A DNA stretch of 64,000 nucleotides. It comes from the human T2T-CHM13v2.0 reference genome, Homo sapiens. Of this stretch, positions 61,462 through 64,000 are shown one piece after another; position 1 is the first letter of the stretch; every line of letters starts with the position of its first letter. Location of the stretch: the NCBI RefSeq assembly GCF_009914755.1, contig NC_060944.1, one strand, 5' to 3'. The translations under genes were made by a program, and so were the position numbers. The notes under the pieces were generated by a model. It had not been told where the DNA came from. It did not search any database and saw nothing but the letters and a program-made list of their open reading frames with translations.

Positions 61462-61602
61462 GCAAAAAAACTCTTTAATGATGAGGTACAAGACCACCAA
61501 ACTGGAAATAGAGTGCACTGGACTACACGTAGTTTACGTGCAGAAATTTGCTGAATAATTGAATGCAAGAATGAATGAATGACCATGGAAGACTATGGCC
61601 TT

Positions 61603-61817
61603 AGTCCTCCATGCTCGCTCTGAACCCTCAGTCCTCCATGCCCGCTCTGAACCCTCAGTCCTCCATGCCCGCTCTGAACCCTCAGTCCTCCATGCCCGCT
61701 CTGAACCCTCAGTCCTCCATGCCCGCTCTGAACCCTCAGTCCTCCATGCCCGCTCTGAACCCTCAGTCCTCCATGCCCGCTCTGAACCCTCAGTCCTCCA
61801 TGCCCGCTCTGAACCCT
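61603..61817. repeat. Minisatellite/VNTR: 8 x 27 bp AGTCCTCCATGCCCGCTCTGAACCCTC
   Basis: Units start at 61603 and every 27 bp after; only unit 1 has an internal mismatch. Confidence 0.97.
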
Positions 61818-62436
61818 GGTCACAACAGCATTTTTTTCTCAGTCTTTGCTGTTGGTCCTTTCTCCCCCAGGCAGCTTTTCCTATATGCTGCGCCCGTCCC
61901 TCATCCTAGTTAACTCCTGCTCACCTCCAGGTCTCACCTCCAGCGCCCCTCAGGCTCCAAGAAAGCCCTCAGGACTTTCTTGTAACTGGAGTGGACATCT
62001 CTGATGATGTGCACTCATAAGATGCAGATGATGGCCGGTTTTCATTTCATATTTATGTGGCCAATTGACTCATGGTCAGCTCTCCCAGGAAGCAATAATG
62101 TACAGGAGGGCAGGAGAGCTGTGCCTCCTTCTATCTTTATCATTTTATCCCCCAGCACCTTGTATGCCTTCCATCAGGATTTGTCGAAAGAATGCATAAT
62201 GTTAAGAAAGCACTGGGGGTATTTACATTTTAGTTTTCATGACTCTGTGCTCTGTTCACTAGCAGAGAGCATGGCACATAGCAGATGCTGCAAAAAAAAA
62301 AAAAAAAAAAAAAGATCCTGAGTGCCTCTGTGAGCAGCTGAGCAAACGACTGAATTAATAATTGACAAATAAGCTTACCTTCCAAGATTTCTCTGCAGAG
62401 AGAGTGAGTTAGATTGGGTTGTCACAATGCCACTGA

Positions 62437-62910
<474 letters not shown>

Positions 62911-63515
62911 TAGTTATGCTTTTTAATAGACAATAAAATAAATAATAAGTATTGAAGATTTAAAAGATGTTCACAGAGTACCTAAAATTATCTTGCTTAT
63001 CAAAAGTGGCTATTTAAACAAGTACATTTTAAAAAAAAGTTTTATTCTTCTACCTATACTACCTACCTTCCCTCTCCCCTACTTTTCATACCCCTTAGAA
63101 AAAGGAAATAGGATTGGGAAAAGTTAATGACTTGGGGGCCTGGGGTGTGCCATATGATGAAGTTACAGAGCCTTTAATTTCTTCTTGTTTTGCTGATGAT
63201 TATGGGTTGTAATTCCTCTGGCCAATTCACCTACATTGATGAATTTCAGGCTTTTTTTTTTTTTTTTCTGGCAAATCTGGAGGTTAAGGTTGGAAATCAT
63301 ACAGACCCTTAAGGAGGAATTTAACAAATTGGTTTGAGAATAATGGTCATTTTCTTCAAATGTAGTCTTCGAGAGCCCCCTGCTGGTTGATTTGGGAATT
63401 ATCATTTTACTACAGTTTTTGGTGGGGAAAGGGAGGTGGCTGGTTTTGACACGTGCCACACAAGACATACATAATCTACCTTCACTGCTTCTCCCACGTC
63501 GTTTTAAAATTTTCA

Positions 63516-63891
<376 letters not shown>

Positions 63892-64000
63892 CTATGGAAG
63901 AAACTTACAGAAGCAATCAACAAGTTTATGTTGAATACTATTCACTGGATTCTTTTAGGAATGCATTGGATAAAATAACAGCAGTTACATCAGTAGCATT

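Noticed and set aside
61593-61913. Repetitive ORFs (VLHARSEPS, MPALNPQSS, RVQSGHGGL) or a CRISPR-like array
   Set aside because: By-product of a 27-bp tandem repeat; no unique spacers and no splice or coding support.

Overview
Primate (very probably human) genomic DNA covering the middle and 3' part of the neuronal adaptor gene DOK5 on the + strand. Five internal coding exons are present, with canonical AG/GT boundaries and consistent splice phases. They encode the end of the PH domain, the IRS-type PTB domain and the start of the C-terminal tail. The first exons and the last exon lie outside the window. About 99% of the window is intron, dominated by about 35 Alu copies or fragments plus L1, L2, MIR, LTR (MLT1, MLT2, MST, MER4-group, LTR8, LTR33, MER21-like) and DNA-transposon (MER20, MER58, MER5, MER82) relics, microsatellites and a 27-bp VNTR. 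Nearly all ORF-track entries other than the DOK5 exons come from Alus, simple repeats or chance. I see no convincing new multi-gene system. The most notable unexplained structures are: (1) a 97-bp, 98%-identical non-Alu inverted repeat with template-switch junction signatures in intron 5; (2) a candidate 27-nt in-frame microexon in intron 6; (3) a candidate 157-nt poison exon in intron 5; (4) a recent 102-bp tandem duplication; (5) a very young 5'-truncated AluY. Repeat family names and exon numbers are from recognition, not from a database search.
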